From the IMG/VR virus record IMGVR_UViG_3300026097_000980, positions 91,509 through 155,508 of that record: a stretch of DNA of 64,000 nt. The stretch is one strand, 5' to 3'. Below are positions 31,645-40,932 of the stretch, piece after piece. This DNA is from a virus. The stretch's first letter is position 1; each line of letters opens with the position of its first letter. The notes under the pieces are model-generated. The model was not told where the DNA came from, ran no database searches, and saw only the letters and a program-made list of their open reading frames with translations. The translations under genes and the position numbers were made by a program.

Positions 31645-32711
31645 CCAGCTAAAATTCCTAACATTCTGCTAGAACGCTCGATGCTTTCTCTCTTTGCTCT
31701 GCCCTCTGCTTCACTGCCACCTACTGCTGGTTCCGAAGTCCCAAAATCATCTTCTTCAGGCTCTAATTCATCTAAATCCAAAGGACCTTCATCTTCTGGT
31801 TCTTCCTGAGGTTCGTCGCCTAGCATATCAGTTGGAGCTGATTCTCCCGATAGTACCAAAAGTGCATTATGTAAATCCATTCTGGTAGTCTTAAGATGAT
31901 CTAATGCATCAGAAATTGCAGGTGATACCGACTCAATGAAGTCTTTTGCTTCTTGATAACCCATTTCTTCGCGGATGGAATCGCCTAGTTGTAGTAAAGT
32001 TTCATTTTCCATACCACTAAGTTCGTCAATCCAGCGATCCACTCTATCAACCATTGTTTTTGCAGTTACAATTGCAGAAGCCTGTTGTACTTCACCTTCT
32101 GCTACTACACTGTTATTATTTTCTATACTATCCATCATATCATCCATCGGGTCGTCATCGTATTCTTGTCTAAAATCAAAATCATCATTTTCGTATTCTA
32201 TTACTGCCTGAAAATCATCTTCAAGATCCTGTAAGAGATTATCGAATCCCCTTCTTGGTTCTTCGCCATCATCGCCTGAATATTCATATGCCACAGCTTC
32301 TATTGCGGCCTCAACATCACCTTGTTCTAGGTGACGAATCACTGTTTCAGGATTTACATCACCGTAGGCACGATAATCATCGTTGGCTTTTTGGTCAAAC
32401 TTTTTTAGTAGTTCACGGACCATATTTTCATCAACGTCCTGTCCTTCAGCAACCTGTTCCTCTCTCTCAGCAAGTTCGGCATTGATAGCATCAAGCATCC
32501 ACTGTGCTTGAAGATAATTTTCATTTTGTAAATCTTCATTAAATTTGCTATTTGATCTAAAATTATGTAACTGTGTACGTAATTTATTTCTAGAATCTTC
32601 TAATTGCGGATCGGAGAACGACTCAAAATTAATTTTTTTACCGAAAGTTTTAGCCATACTTTCGTTAATTTTTTTCGAAGTGTTCTTTGAAAAAATTTCT
32701 TTTGTTATCAT
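31641..32711 (-). CDS. Acidic hypothetical protein (scaffold/core-like)
   Basis: 356 aa, highly acidic. Confidence 0.6.
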   Translation of the reverse strand: MITKEIFSKNTSKKINESMAKTFGKKINFESFSDPQLEDSRNKLRTQLHNFRSNSKFNEDLQNENYLQAQWMLDAINAELAEREEQVAEGQDVDENMVRELLKKFDQKANDDYRAYGDVNPETVIRHLEQGDVEAAIEAVAYEYSGDDGEEPRRGFDNLLQDLEDDFQAVIEYENDDFDFRQEYDDDPMDDMMDSIENNNSVVAEGEVQQASAIVTAKTMVDRVDRWIDELSGMENETLLQLGDSIREEMGYQEAKDFIESVSPAISDALDHLKTTRMDLHNALLVLSGESAPTDMLGDEPQEEPEDEGPLDLDELEPEEDDFGTSEPAVGGSEAEGRAKRESIERSSRMLGILAG

Positions 32712-33160
32712 AATAAAATTTCCAACTGTCTTTTATTTAGTGAATTTTTAACTAAATTTTCTATTTTTTGTTTTGTAAGATCTAAACGGATTTTTGCTTC
32801 TTGATATCTCGATTCGAATATTTCAGCGTCATAATATTTTCTCTGACCAAGTTTTTCTTTGTGATGTTTCGCAAAAATTTTTGTTTCGATTAACCAGTGT
32901 CCGTATTCTTGATCTAATCCGTACAATTGTTGTTGTTTCTGTGCGTTGGCTTTGAAAAAAACGTATTCTGCAAGTGCAAGTGCAGTATCATTTAAAAATA
33001 TGTTATCGTATAATGTTTTATTTTTAAAAATGATTTTTTTTCTTTTATTTTTTTGAACTATTTTAATTTCGCCTAGCTGAATACCTTCATTAATTTTTTT
33101 AGGAATTAATTTATTACTTGTTTTAATGATCTGATTAAGTTTTTTGTCAAGATCGTTCAT
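32708..33160 (-). CDS. Hypothetical basic protein
   Basis: 150-aa ORF after TAAATA. Confidence 0.6.
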   Translation of the reverse strand: MNDLDKKLNQIIKTSNKLIPKKINEGIQLGEIKIVQKNKRKKIIFKNKTLYDNIFLNDTALALAEYVFFKANAQKQQQLYGLDQEYGHWLIETKIFAKHHKEKLGQRKYYDAEIFESRYQEAKIRLDLTKQKIENLVKNSLNKRQLEILL

Positions 33161-33191
33161 GATCTTGTATTTAAAAAAAGAAAAGGACTTC

Positions 33192-33434
33192 TTAGCCCAT
33201 TTTGAGTAGTATGGTAACTACAATTGACAGCACACCAGCTACCACAGTACCTGCTGTACCAATGATTACTTTGCTTAGGCTTTTTTGTCCGGTGATGATG
33301 TCGTCGTGAATGTCATCTACTTTGGTTTCGAGGGTTGTTAAGCGGTTGTCTAACTGCTCATAACGAAGGGCACACAAATCAACATGTGCTTCTAGACTTT
33401 CTTTTTCTAATGATGTAGGCTGTTTAGTTGCCAT
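33192..33434 (-). CDS. Small coiled-coil protein with C-terminal TM
   Basis: LEAHVDLCALRY...IIGTAGTVVAGVLSIVV. Confidence 0.65.
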   Translation of the reverse strand: MATKQPTSLEKESLEAHVDLCALRYEQLDNRLTTLETKVDDIHDDIITGQKSLSKVIIGTAGTVVAGVLSIVVTILLKMG

Positions 33435-33529
33435 CTTATCTCCGTTTATCTCGCTCCGAGATGAATAAAGTAAACTCTTGGTTGGCCTTTATTGAGTTGT
33501 TCTAAGATGCCTTGTTTGCCTATATGTGT

Positions 33530-33853
33530 TTATTTATCTTCTTGCTTTAAATTCTGATTGATCTCGCGAAGTTCTTCGCTGATTTCTTTTAGATTGTTTG
33601 CTGTATTTAATAAGAGATTACTTAATCGTGCCAGTTTAAATATTGCCCACCACCACCAATACACAGCAACAGCGAAAAATGCAATGCCGCCGATAACAAC
33701 AGCACGATTCCAACCTTCAGTCCAGCCGATCATGTCTATAAAAAATATACCGGCTAATGCAATTAGTGGAACAGTCCAGCCAGCATACGCCCACCAACGA
33801 ACTTCTCTGTTGGTAGTAGAATAGAAATTTTTAAACCGTTCTAAGTTGATCAT
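33530..33853 (-). CDS. Two-TM membrane protein (holin-like topology)
   Basis: Two TMs plus C-terminal coiled coil. Confidence 0.55.
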   Translation of the reverse strand: MINLERFKNFYSTTNREVRWWAYAGWTVPLIALAGIFFIDMIGWTEGWNRAVVIGGIAFFAVAVYWWWWAIFKLARLSNLLLNTANNLKEISEELREINQNLKQEDK

Positions 33854-33889
33854 ACTAATATTTAAATTTTTTTGTAAAAAAAGAAAACA

Positions 33890-34282
33890 CTAGGCTTTAA
33901 TATGAACCCAGGTGTTAGACGCTTCGCCGATGGTTATAAATGCAGGCGGTGAGAAATCTACAGTATCGTCGAGCCCTTCTATAATGGGAACACCTTGTAG
34001 GTCTTTTATAAGTAAACCGGCTTCTCCGTCTTCGTCAAGAAAAAACCCATTCTGTTCTGTGTTGAATTCCCAGATCCAGTGAGCGGCTTTTCCTCTGTTC
34101 GCAACCGGAACTGTGCCAGTATGTTTTACAGGATCGACTATCCAATCTATATTACTGCGAAGCCCTATCGTTTGAATTAGAGCGTTGAGATTAGACTGTT
34201 GAAGCTTCTGATAATCAGATTGAGGACGCAGATTATCTGTTCTAGTTATGTCTACTAATGTAATAATCTCAAAAGTCTGCAT
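33890..34282 (-). CDS. Hypothetical protein
   Basis: 130 aa, TLVDITRT; TAAATA 6 nt upstream. Confidence 0.6.
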   Translation of the reverse strand: MQTFEIITLVDITRTDNLRPQSDYQKLQQSNLNALIQTIGLRSNIDWIVDPVKHTGTVPVANRGKAAHWIWEFNTEQNGFFLDEDGEAGLLIKDLQGVPIIEGLDDTVDFSPPAFITIGEASNTWVHIKA

Positions 34283-34300
34283 GACCTTTATTTACGTCAT

Positions 34301-34329
34301 AAAAAAAGGGCAATAAAATTATTGCCCTT
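34301..34329 (-). terminator. Intrinsic terminator
   Basis: AAGGGCAATAA/TTATTGCCCTT plus T tract on minus strand. Confidence 0.75.
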
Positions 34330-34351
34330 CTTCGTAATAGTTTAAAAACTA

Positions 34352-34798
34352 TTAAGCGAAAGTACCGCCAGTAAGTGTGACTTCAGTGATAGCCACGTCG
34401 TCAGCTGACTGACCTAGTGCAGAAGCAACTGCTTCTTCCATGCTTTCGAAAGTAGTGTTTCCAGTATCGTCTGTACCACCGTATGCAGAAGCACCACGTC
34501 CGCCTCTGTTTACTGTGTTTGCATTGACAATTACAGTAATAAAGTTAGAAGCCGGAACACCAATGTAATAAACTTCAGCAAAGCCTTGAACTGCATTGAT
34601 AATCTTTTGAAGATTTGAGTTTGCAGCCGCTGGTGTAGTAGTTTCGTCTACTGCTGTAGAAACAATTTTAAGAGCTGTAAGTTGTGGTGTACCAAAACGA
34701 GTGTATGGTCCAACACCTGAAGCTCCGTCGCCTAAAATTTTACGGTTGTTAGCACCGAGGGTAGTTGATCCTACCACTGTTGAATATAGATCTGCCAT
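34352..34798 (-). CDS. Probable abundant virion structural protein
   Basis: Ala/Gly/Thr-rich, strong SD, own TAAATA promoter and terminator. Confidence 0.6.
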   Translation of the reverse strand: MADLYSTVVGSTTLGANNRKILGDGASGVGPYTRFGTPQLTALKIVSTAVDETTTPAAANSNLQKIINAVQGFAEVYYIGVPASNFITVIVNANTVNRGGRGASAYGGTDDTGNTTFESMEEAVASALGQSADDVAITEVTLTGGTFA

Positions 34799-34892
34799 GA
34801 TATTTCTCCTTCTCTTATCATTAGCCTCGCTCAGAGACTGGCATAGTATTTAGCAATTTTGTAATATTTCAAGGAGATAGGTTTGTTTTTGA

Positions 34893-36005
34893 TCAGTTCA
34901 GTGTGAATCTTTTGCGAGGGACCAGCTTGACTTTTTCGCCATGTTTGACATACCCTTCTCCGCCTTTCTCTGAACCTATGTTTGCTATAACATCGCCTTC
35001 AGCGGCATCTAGTTCGCGAATAACTTCGTCTTTGGCTGACATAATCTGTCTTACCAAGTCGATAATATCTGCGGTTATGTCTTCAACAGTATTATCATTC
35101 TTCACAACAAATTCTTGTGCTAGGTCGAGAACTCGCTGTCTTTTTGGATCAGTAAGTTTGGCTTCTTCTTTTTGCAAATAATCTAAGAATGACTCTTTGC
35201 TGAGATCATCCAGCCTACGCTGTTTGCCCATATAGTTTACATAACGATAGAATATTTCTTGTATGTCGGCTAAGCCTTTTCTTGGAGCAAAGAACTCTTT
35301 TATTCTGGATTGAACTTTTTTAGCTTTTGCATCTATATTATCTAAATTTTCTACGTCAACTTCTGGCTTGCTGTCAACATATGTTTGTCCTAACACCGCA
35401 ACATCACCTTTAAACAAATCTTGTCCGTCGAATGGTTTGCCTTGTTTAGACCCAAACTCGTCAAATATTGCAGTAGCTGCCACAGCGGCTTTTTTACCTT
35501 GAAGTTTTGCACCGACTTCGCTGTCAGTTTTGACTGTGTAGGTTACTTTATTTGGTGTAAACACGATGCTTCCATCTGTTGATTGTGCAGGTCTTCCTGG
35601 ATGAAACAGTATGTCTGCATATACAAATCCACGAAAGTCTTTTGGAGTTGCACTTTCAAATATTGGCCACAGTGCCGCCATATCGCCTGCAAACTTTTCA
35701 CGCCATTCTTCGCCCTTACCAGTCGATAAAATAAAGTCTGCTAGATCATCTGCACTGGTTGTTTTGTTTCTTCCCCAGCCATTCTTTCCTGTGAGAATAA
35801 ATGTTCCGTCACTGTCTCTGCCCCAGTACATTGTGGGATACCCGTCCCACTTCACAGCGACATCTTTAGCGCCTTGTTCCATATTTCGTAGTATTTCTAC
35901 AGCACGAACAGCACCGTTCTCTGGATCTGTAAACACTAGGTCTTCTAGGTGATTAAACTCTCTACCTACTTTTTTAGCTTCTGTTAGGATTTCAAACGCT
36001 CTCAT
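34893..36005 (-). CDS. Ligase-like covalent nucleotidyltransferase (RNA-ligase-like)
   Basis: VKWDG (motif I), GGEGYV (IV), VKLVPR (V); N-terminus MRAFEILTE. Confidence 0.55.
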   Translation of the reverse strand: MRAFEILTEAKKVGREFNHLEDLVFTDPENGAVRAVEILRNMEQGAKDVAVKWDGYPTMYWGRDSDGTFILTGKNGWGRNKTTSADDLADFILSTGKGEEWREKFAGDMAALWPIFESATPKDFRGFVYADILFHPGRPAQSTDGSIVFTPNKVTYTVKTDSEVGAKLQGKKAAVAATAIFDEFGSKQGKPFDGQDLFKGDVAVLGQTYVDSKPEVDVENLDNIDAKAKKVQSRIKEFFAPRKGLADIQEIFYRYVNYMGKQRRLDDLSKESFLDYLQKEEAKLTDPKRQRVLDLAQEFVVKNDNTVEDITADIIDLVRQIMSAKDEVIRELDAAEGDVIANIGSEKGGEGYVKHGEKVKLVPRKRFTLN

Positions 36006-36202
36006 TAAATTGCCTTCTCACCTGTTAGATGCGGCATCGAAAACCAAAGTTTGAACCATTCGGGTGTACCTGGTTTAATATTGTGTTTCTTTTCGAGTCG
36101 TTGTTTTTCTGTGCCTGTAATTGAAAGGTTCTCAGGAACATATTCAGTGTATCCTTTAAACTCGTTAACCCCTGCTAATTTTTTAAGTTCGTTTATGGTC
36201 AT
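36005..36202 (-). CDS. Hypothetical protein
   Basis: ELKKLAG...IKPGTPEWFKLWF. Confidence 0.6.
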   Translation of the reverse strand: MTINELKKLAGVNEFKGYTEYVPENLSITGTEKQRLEKKHNIKPGTPEWFKLWFSMPHLTGEKAI

Positions 36203-36966
36203 GATACTATATCTATCATCGATCTCATCCAGCCGATAGTTCCGGGTTGGAAAGATTCTATCTGTTTGTGACTGGGCAGTTCAATGCCTTGCTTGCCTAG
36301 TGTTTCTCTAGCATCCACTGTGAGTTCTTCATAGTTAGGAAGCTTTTTAATAAAGTCCATAATCTTTGGAAAGCTCATTGCGATTTCTGCTGTGGCTGTT
36401 GGCCCTAGCAAAATCTTTGCAATTTGATTAGGGTCTTTTGTAATAACTTCATTGGTTGCTCTGTCAACAAGTCCTTGGGTGTAGCTCCACTTTAGTCCTT
36501 GCGGATATTCATCGCTGATCTTTGCTTTGCCGATACTGTTTAAAAGTATATGGCGATGCTGTCCTTTGATACCATCTTCGCCATACTCGCCTGCCATTGA
36601 AAACTTTAACCATTCAGGGTCGCCGAACATAAAATCAGTCTGTACAAATCCGTTTTCTTCTTTGCCGTTAATTGGTGTTTTGAAATGAACACTAATTCCG
36701 GATTTAGCAACAGCATTTTCTAAACCTGCTTGTTCTGCATAGGCTTTCAGCTTTGATTCTAGATCGCCTTTAGATGTAGAAGCCACGTCTACCGCAAGAT
36801 CTAAATCACCCGAAGTAGGCTTTTTGCCAGTAGTGCCCAGCATGTTATCTGACAACGGTAATCCTGTGATGCCTTCAAGATATTTAACAGTTGACTCAAC
36901 ATCACCTTGATTGATGCGTTGAGTTAGACTATTGCCTTCGCTGTCTTTAAATACATTTCCGCTCAT
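36199..36966 (-). CDS. Pol-beta-superfamily nucleotidyltransferase
   Basis: LGTTGKKPTSGDLDLAVD and VQTDFM acidic triad. Confidence 0.65.
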   Translation of the reverse strand: MSGNVFKDSEGNSLTQRINQGDVESTVKYLEGITGLPLSDNMLGTTGKKPTSGDLDLAVDVASTSKGDLESKLKAYAEQAGLENAVAKSGISVHFKTPINGKEENGFVQTDFMFGDPEWLKFSMAGEYGEDGIKGQHRHILLNSIGKAKISDEYPQGLKWSYTQGLVDRATNEVITKDPNQIAKILLGPTATAEIAMSFPKIMDFIKKLPNYEELTVDARETLGKQGIELPSHKQIESFQPGTIGWMRSMIDIVS

Positions 36967-37217
36967 CGTTCTTTTGACTCTATTACTTTTTTCATGCCAC
37001 GTTTAAACTTGTTGGAATCCTGTCCTTTAATACTGTTGATCAATCTTCTTTCTAATTCGTCAGCGGTTTCACTGTCATAGTGATTGCGAAGACTTTCAAT
37101 AAGATTGACTGCACTATTGATTACGTTCACAGCCCTGGACTCTATTATACGATCAGTGTCTCTGTGATTACCAAAGTCGTTTAGCTCTTGTAATATTGAT
37201 CTAGTTTTTAATTTCAT
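36963..37217 (-). CDS. Hypothetical protein
   Basis: 84-aa ORF at head of operon. Confidence 0.6.
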   Translation of the reverse strand: MKLKTRSILQELNDFGNHRDTDRIIESRAVNVINSAVNLIESLRNHYDSETADELERRLINSIKGQDSNKFKRGMKKVIESKER

Positions 37218-37381
37218 AACACCAACTTAGTTTAATTTATTTACCGAAGTTTGTCTACATTTTTTACATCCAGAATAAAATGTTAAATTTTGATTAATTT
37301 TTTTGTGCGAGTGCTAAATATTGTTGCAAAGCACAATAACTGTGCTACAATAGTATAACACACAAAAGGAACTTTCACACA

Positions 37382-37573
37382 ATGAAAAAACTCTTAAATT
37401 GGATCTCACAAGGACTCAAAAGAACTTCTCAGACAGAAGAAGAACGTTATCTGTCACAGGCAACTGATCTAGCTGATCTAGAAAGACGTCAAAGATTACT
37501 TACCTACGGTAAGGCACCTCATCAAACAGGATATCAATACTATCACGATGTCCGCGGTGGGAGAGCGGTATAA
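37382..37573 (+). CDS. Small protein, DUF3563-like
   Basis: EERYLSQATDLADLERRQR. Confidence 0.6.
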   Translation: MKKLLNWISQGLKRTSQTEEERYLSQATDLADLERRQRLLTYGKAPHQTGYQYYHDVRGGRAV

Positions 37574-37782
37574 TGGAACAGTCAATGCAATCAAGCAGAA
37601 ATGGCGTAGCGTTTAGACGACCAACCTTTGACGGCTGGCGAATCCTTAAAAACTTCTGGAAGGGAGTAGCTTGGAGACTAGAGCTCTTAGGTAGAGCAAA
37701 GGCAGCATCAGAACTGTCAAGAATGGGCTATCATGATCAAGCCAAAGAGCTGATGATGGAAATGCTCAAGGAGAGACGTTAG
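37573..37782 (+). CDS. Small host-like hypothetical protein
   Basis: GRAKAASELSRMGYHDQAK; translationally coupled. Confidence 0.55.
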   Translation: MEQSMQSSRNGVAFRRPTFDGWRILKNFWKGVAWRLELLGRAKAASELSRMGYHDQAKELMMEMLKERR

Positions 37783-38013
37783 TTCAACCTAACACAGACC
37801 AGTGTCATCATAATGATACTGTTATCACTGAACGGTGCAGGGAAGTACCGTTCAACACTAGACGCAGAGACACATAGGAGAAAACATCGTGGCACATATA
37901 CCATACTTTGGCGAAGATGAACCCAAAAAAGATTCTAAGCCAGTTGACAAGAAATAAATAATAATGTTACGTTAGTAACACATTACACATACACACACAA
38001 AAGGAGAAATGTA

Positions 38014-38334
38014 ATGAATGACTTTAATCAAGTTACACAACAACTCTCTGCTATGGCAGAGCAATTCAAAGACATGGCGGCACAGTATACGCCAAAAGCA
38101 CCAGAAGTTAAGTTCAATCGTAACGGTTATGAAATCCGTACAGAAGTTCTTGATATGGCCAAAGCATTCACAGAGTTTGAATACTCAATGAAGTTTACTG
38201 GTTGGGAACAAACTGTAACACGCGATCCAGAAACTGGCGAAGTTGTTACCACAGTTGAAGTTCCATCTGTACCTGGTGTTGATAAAGTTCTTGAGAACGC
38301 TGAAAAGTTCTATGAGTTTATAAATAAAAAGTGA
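38014..38334 (+). CDS. Hypothetical protein
   Basis: Strong SD; NGYEIRTEVLDMAK...AEKFYEF. Confidence 0.7.
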   Translation: MNDFNQVTQQLSAMAEQFKDMAAQYTPKAPEVKFNRNGYEIRTEVLDMAKAFTEFEYSMKFTGWEQTVTRDPETGEVVTTVEVPSVPGVDKVLENAEKFYEFINKK

Positions 38335-38386
38335 ACAAACTACTAAGACAATCAGGGACATAGTCCTTATATAATAAAGTAGAGTT

Positions 38387-38413
38387 GAAAGGGTCTTCGG
38401 ACCCTTTCTTTTT
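38387..38413 (+). terminator. Intrinsic terminator
   Basis: GAAAGGGTC-ttcg-GACCCTTTC-T5. Confidence 0.85.
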
Positions 38414-38450
38414 GGTTGACAATTCATAAATCATCAGCTATATTAGCAGT

Positions 38451-39041
38451 ATGATGAAAAATAAAGTAATATTAACAGACGTTGATGGCGTCCTCTTTGA
38501 CTGGCAGTATTCATTTGAAAACTGGATGAATCGACACGGTTATGAAATGAATCTCGATCACAAAGATGATTATCTAATGGATAAAAAGTACGGGATCGAT
38601 AAAAAAGAGTCTAAGCGTTTAATCCGCATGTTCAATGAAAGTGCTTGGATACGTAGACTTCCGCCTTTTAGAGATGCTATCCATTATGTAAGAAGATTGC
38701 ATCAAGAACACGGGTATGTTTTTCATGCTATTACAAGTTTAAGTAATGATCAATATTCTCAACATCTTCGCACAAAGAATCTTAGAGAAATGTTTGGAGA
38801 CACTGTATTTGAAGATTACGTATATCTAGATACTGGCGCTGACAAGGACGAAGTATTAGAAATCTATAGAGACACAGATTGCTGGTGGGTCGAAGACAAA
38901 CCTCAAAATGCTTTGGTTGGTAGGGATCTTGGGTTGAGTTCAATCCTAATGGATCACTCCCATAACCAAGGAGAATTTTCCGGAGTCACAAGGGTAAGGA
39001 ACTGGAAAGAAATATATAGTATCATAATAGGAGAAAAATAA
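38451..39041 (+). CDS. HAD-family 5'(3')-nucleotidase-like phosphatase
   Basis: LTDVDGVL, ITS, WVEDK; TTGACA-17-TATATT ends 6 nt before ATG. Confidence 0.8.
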   Translation: MMKNKVILTDVDGVLFDWQYSFENWMNRHGYEMNLDHKDDYLMDKKYGIDKKESKRLIRMFNESAWIRRLPPFRDAIHYVRRLHQEHGYVFHAITSLSNDQYSQHLRTKNLREMFGDTVFEDYVYLDTGADKDEVLEIYRDTDCWWVEDKPQNALVGRDLGLSSILMDHSHNQGEFSGVTRVRNWKEIYSIIIGEK

Positions 39042-39218
39042 ATGACACTACATGAGCAAATCGTAGAAGCCTACGAAAACTACCTAAAAGAAGCTGAAAC
39101 TTTTGATGGAAAAGGTGTAAAGGCTGCCGCTACCCGTGCAAGAGGAGCACTAAACGATCTTGGTAAATTAACTAAAGAAAGACGTAAAGAAATCCAAGAA
39201 ACAAAAAACGCAATGTAA
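39042..39218 (+). CDS. Histone H1-like Hc1-family small DNA-binding protein (not in ORF track)
   Basis: 58 aa: KGVKAAATRARGALNDLGKLTKERRKEIQ; SD GGAG. Confidence 0.7.
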   Translation: MTLHEQIVEAYENYLKEAETFDGKGVKAAATRARGALNDLGKLTKERRKEIQETKNAM

Positions 39219-39243
39219 AAAAAGCCCCTTTCGGGGCTTTTTT
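39217..39243. terminator. Bidirectional terminator
   Basis: A7-GCCCC-tttc-GGGGC-T6 between convergent genes. Confidence 0.85.
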
Positions 39244-39251
39244 GTGTCTAC

Positions 39252-39413
39252 TTAAAAATCAGTGACAATCCACTTCGGACCGAAGCTGGTTTTACCTTCA
39301 CGCCTTTTGGCTAGGATATGTTCCAGTTCTGCTTTATGAAGCTCTATCATTTTGTCTTTGCGGTGAGATAGTGAGGCTTCATACATTTTTTTGATTAGTT
39401 CATTTTGTTTCAT
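39252..39413 (-). CDS. Hypothetical 53-aa protein (MKQNELIKKMYEAS...)
   Basis: SD AGGAGG; TTGACT-18-TATAAT upstream. Confidence 0.6.
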   Translation of the reverse strand: MKQNELIKKMYEASLSHRKDKMIELHKAELEHILAKRREGKTSFGPKWIVTDF

Positions 39414-39489
39414 GACTTTCGCCTCCTGTTGTATAATTATTTAGCATTATACGCACAGTTTGCGCAAAAAGTCAAGCTCGATTTTGACT

Positions 39490-39560
39490 TCGAGGGTAGC
39501 GAACACTCTCCGTCGGGCTCGAGCACACCCATCACCCTAACGTAACGGTCCCAAGGTGAA
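39490..39560. ncRNA. Candidate ncRNA containing permuted 23S rRNA H69-H71 segments
   Basis: GGTAGCGAA (39495-39503) and TAACGGTCCCAAGGT (39543-39557) versus 23S TAACGGTCCTAAGGTAGCGAA; intergenic, GC-rich, hairpin-flanked. Confidence 0.55.
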
Positions 39561-39563
39561 TTC

Positions 39564-39812
39564 TTATGTTTCGTGTCCTTCAGTGTAAGGACGAACACCG
39601 TGTTCTTCCAGTTTGTCTTCACGGATGCATACCGAGTCGTGTATTTCCCAGCCATTGGGATAGATGGAGTTAAGAGTTTGTATGATAGGCACAGGATTGT
39701 TTTCTGCCCAGTAAACACATTCCTGTTCAGTTTCAAATTTGGGATCATACCAAAGGAAACCTTCGTGCATGCCCTGACTCATCTGTGTGACCAATATCAT
39801 CACATACCACAT
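39564..39812 (-). CDS. Hypothetical protein (FETEQEC motif)
   Basis: Hydrophobic N-terminus, two Cys. Confidence 0.6.
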   Translation of the reverse strand: MWYVMILVTQMSQGMHEGFLWYDPKFETEQECVYWAENNPVPIIQTLNSIYPNGWEIHDSVCIREDKLEEHGVRPYTEGHET

Positions 39813-40087
39813 TAGATACGGTCTCTGTTTATCTTGTCTTGAAACTGTTCAGCTGTGTAACACACGCCGCGGAATATTAAGCCGTCCTTGCTGGCAAACT
39901 TAAACTCATAGTTATCATCAACTACATCGATGCCTGTGCCATCATCCGCCACAGCATTCACAAACTGTTCACAGGCTTCGTGCGAGTCAAACAGCCTATC
40001 ACTCACAGATGGACCTTGTGTGACCAAAGGATTAGATACATCAGTTACTGAAAAAATCAACATTATGCCGACTGATATAAGTGTCAT
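39812..40087 (-). CDS. Hypothetical protein (FDSHEAC motif)
   Basis: Same architecture as neighbour. Confidence 0.55.
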   Translation of the reverse strand: MTLISVGIMLIFSVTDVSNPLVTQGPSVSDRLFDSHEACEQFVNAVADDGTGIDVVDDNYEFKFASKDGLIFRGVCYTAEQFQDKINRDRI

Positions 40088-40416
40088 ACATTAGGTTCCT
40101 CTAGTATCGGAGCGAACTCATCTCCCATTAGCATAACGCAACCTTTGTTGAGTTCGGGGAATTCGATCGTAACGGTAAACCCTTTGCCTTGCGGATCAAC
40201 ATACAGTTTACCAGCACCTTGGATTATATCGCCATTGGGCATACGGATAACACTGGGTCCACCAGCAAAGGGTTGTTCGTTATATGTTTCTAGAAACTGT
40301 TTGTTTTCATCTATGGATTTACAAACGGCTACCATTGGAAGTGATTCAACCGCGAATGTCAGGGCTGATAAAGTTAGCCCTAACAAAAAAGCAGTCGTTT
40401 GGGCTAACTTCTTCAT
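40084..40416 (-). CDS. Secreted hypothetical protein
   Basis: Signal peptide, two Cys. Confidence 0.6.
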   Translation of the reverse strand: MKKLAQTTAFLLGLTLSALTFAVESLPMVAVCKSIDENKQFLETYNEQPFAGGPSVIRMPNGDIIQGAGKLYVDPQGKGFTVTIEFPELNKGCVMLMGDEFAPILEEPNV

Positions 40417-40449
40417 AGGATATTCTCCTGTTATAAAGTTATTTAGTGA

Positions 40450-40932
40450 TTACTTGCCTTCCATTAGTTTAACTGCGGCATCGTAGTCCGCTTGTGATAC
40501 TAAACCTTCTTCTAGTAAACGCTGTCTGTTAACCGCATGAGCCGCTTGTGTTTCTTCTTTGCTTCCGCCGAAGTAAGGAACACAATGTCCTTCGGCGATC
40601 ATAATCTCTGTGACTCGCTTCATTTCGCCGTTATAGTCAACTTTAAAGTCTCCTAGAATACGACCAAACTTGCCTTTCATATCCTCGCCGTGCTTGTCTT
40701 CTGTGGTGATTAACTTGCCACCATTCTTCATTAGCTCTTTTAATCTTGCTTTTGCCGCTTCGCCGAAAAGATCTTCTACTCTATCGCTGGTGCGTGACTC
40801 TGGTGTGTCGATGCCCATAATGCGAACACGCTCGTCCTTTAGGCAAACGCCAAATCCTAGATCAATGTCAACATCAACTGTATCGCCGTCAACAACTTTT
40901 ATTACTGTTACATCATATTCATTTTGTGTCAT
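40450..40932 (-). CDS. Thermonuclease (SNase) family nuclease
   Basis: VVDGDTVD, VRIMGIDTPE, KFGRILG. Confidence 0.9.
   Translation of the reverse strand: MTQNEYDVTVIKVVDGDTVDVDIDLGFGVCLKDERVRIMGIDTPESRTSDRVEDLFGEAAKARLKELMKNGGKLITTEDKHGEDMKGKFGRILGDFKVDYNGEMKRVTEIMIAEGHCVPYFGGSKEETQAAHAVNRQRLLEEGLVSQADYDAAVKLMEGK

Noticed and set aside
39490-39560. rRNA gene fragment, group I intron or att site in 23S
   Set aside because: Only 9 and 15 nt match, in swapped order; no intron core, LAGLIDADG ORF or integrase nearby. Kept only as an ncRNA candidate.
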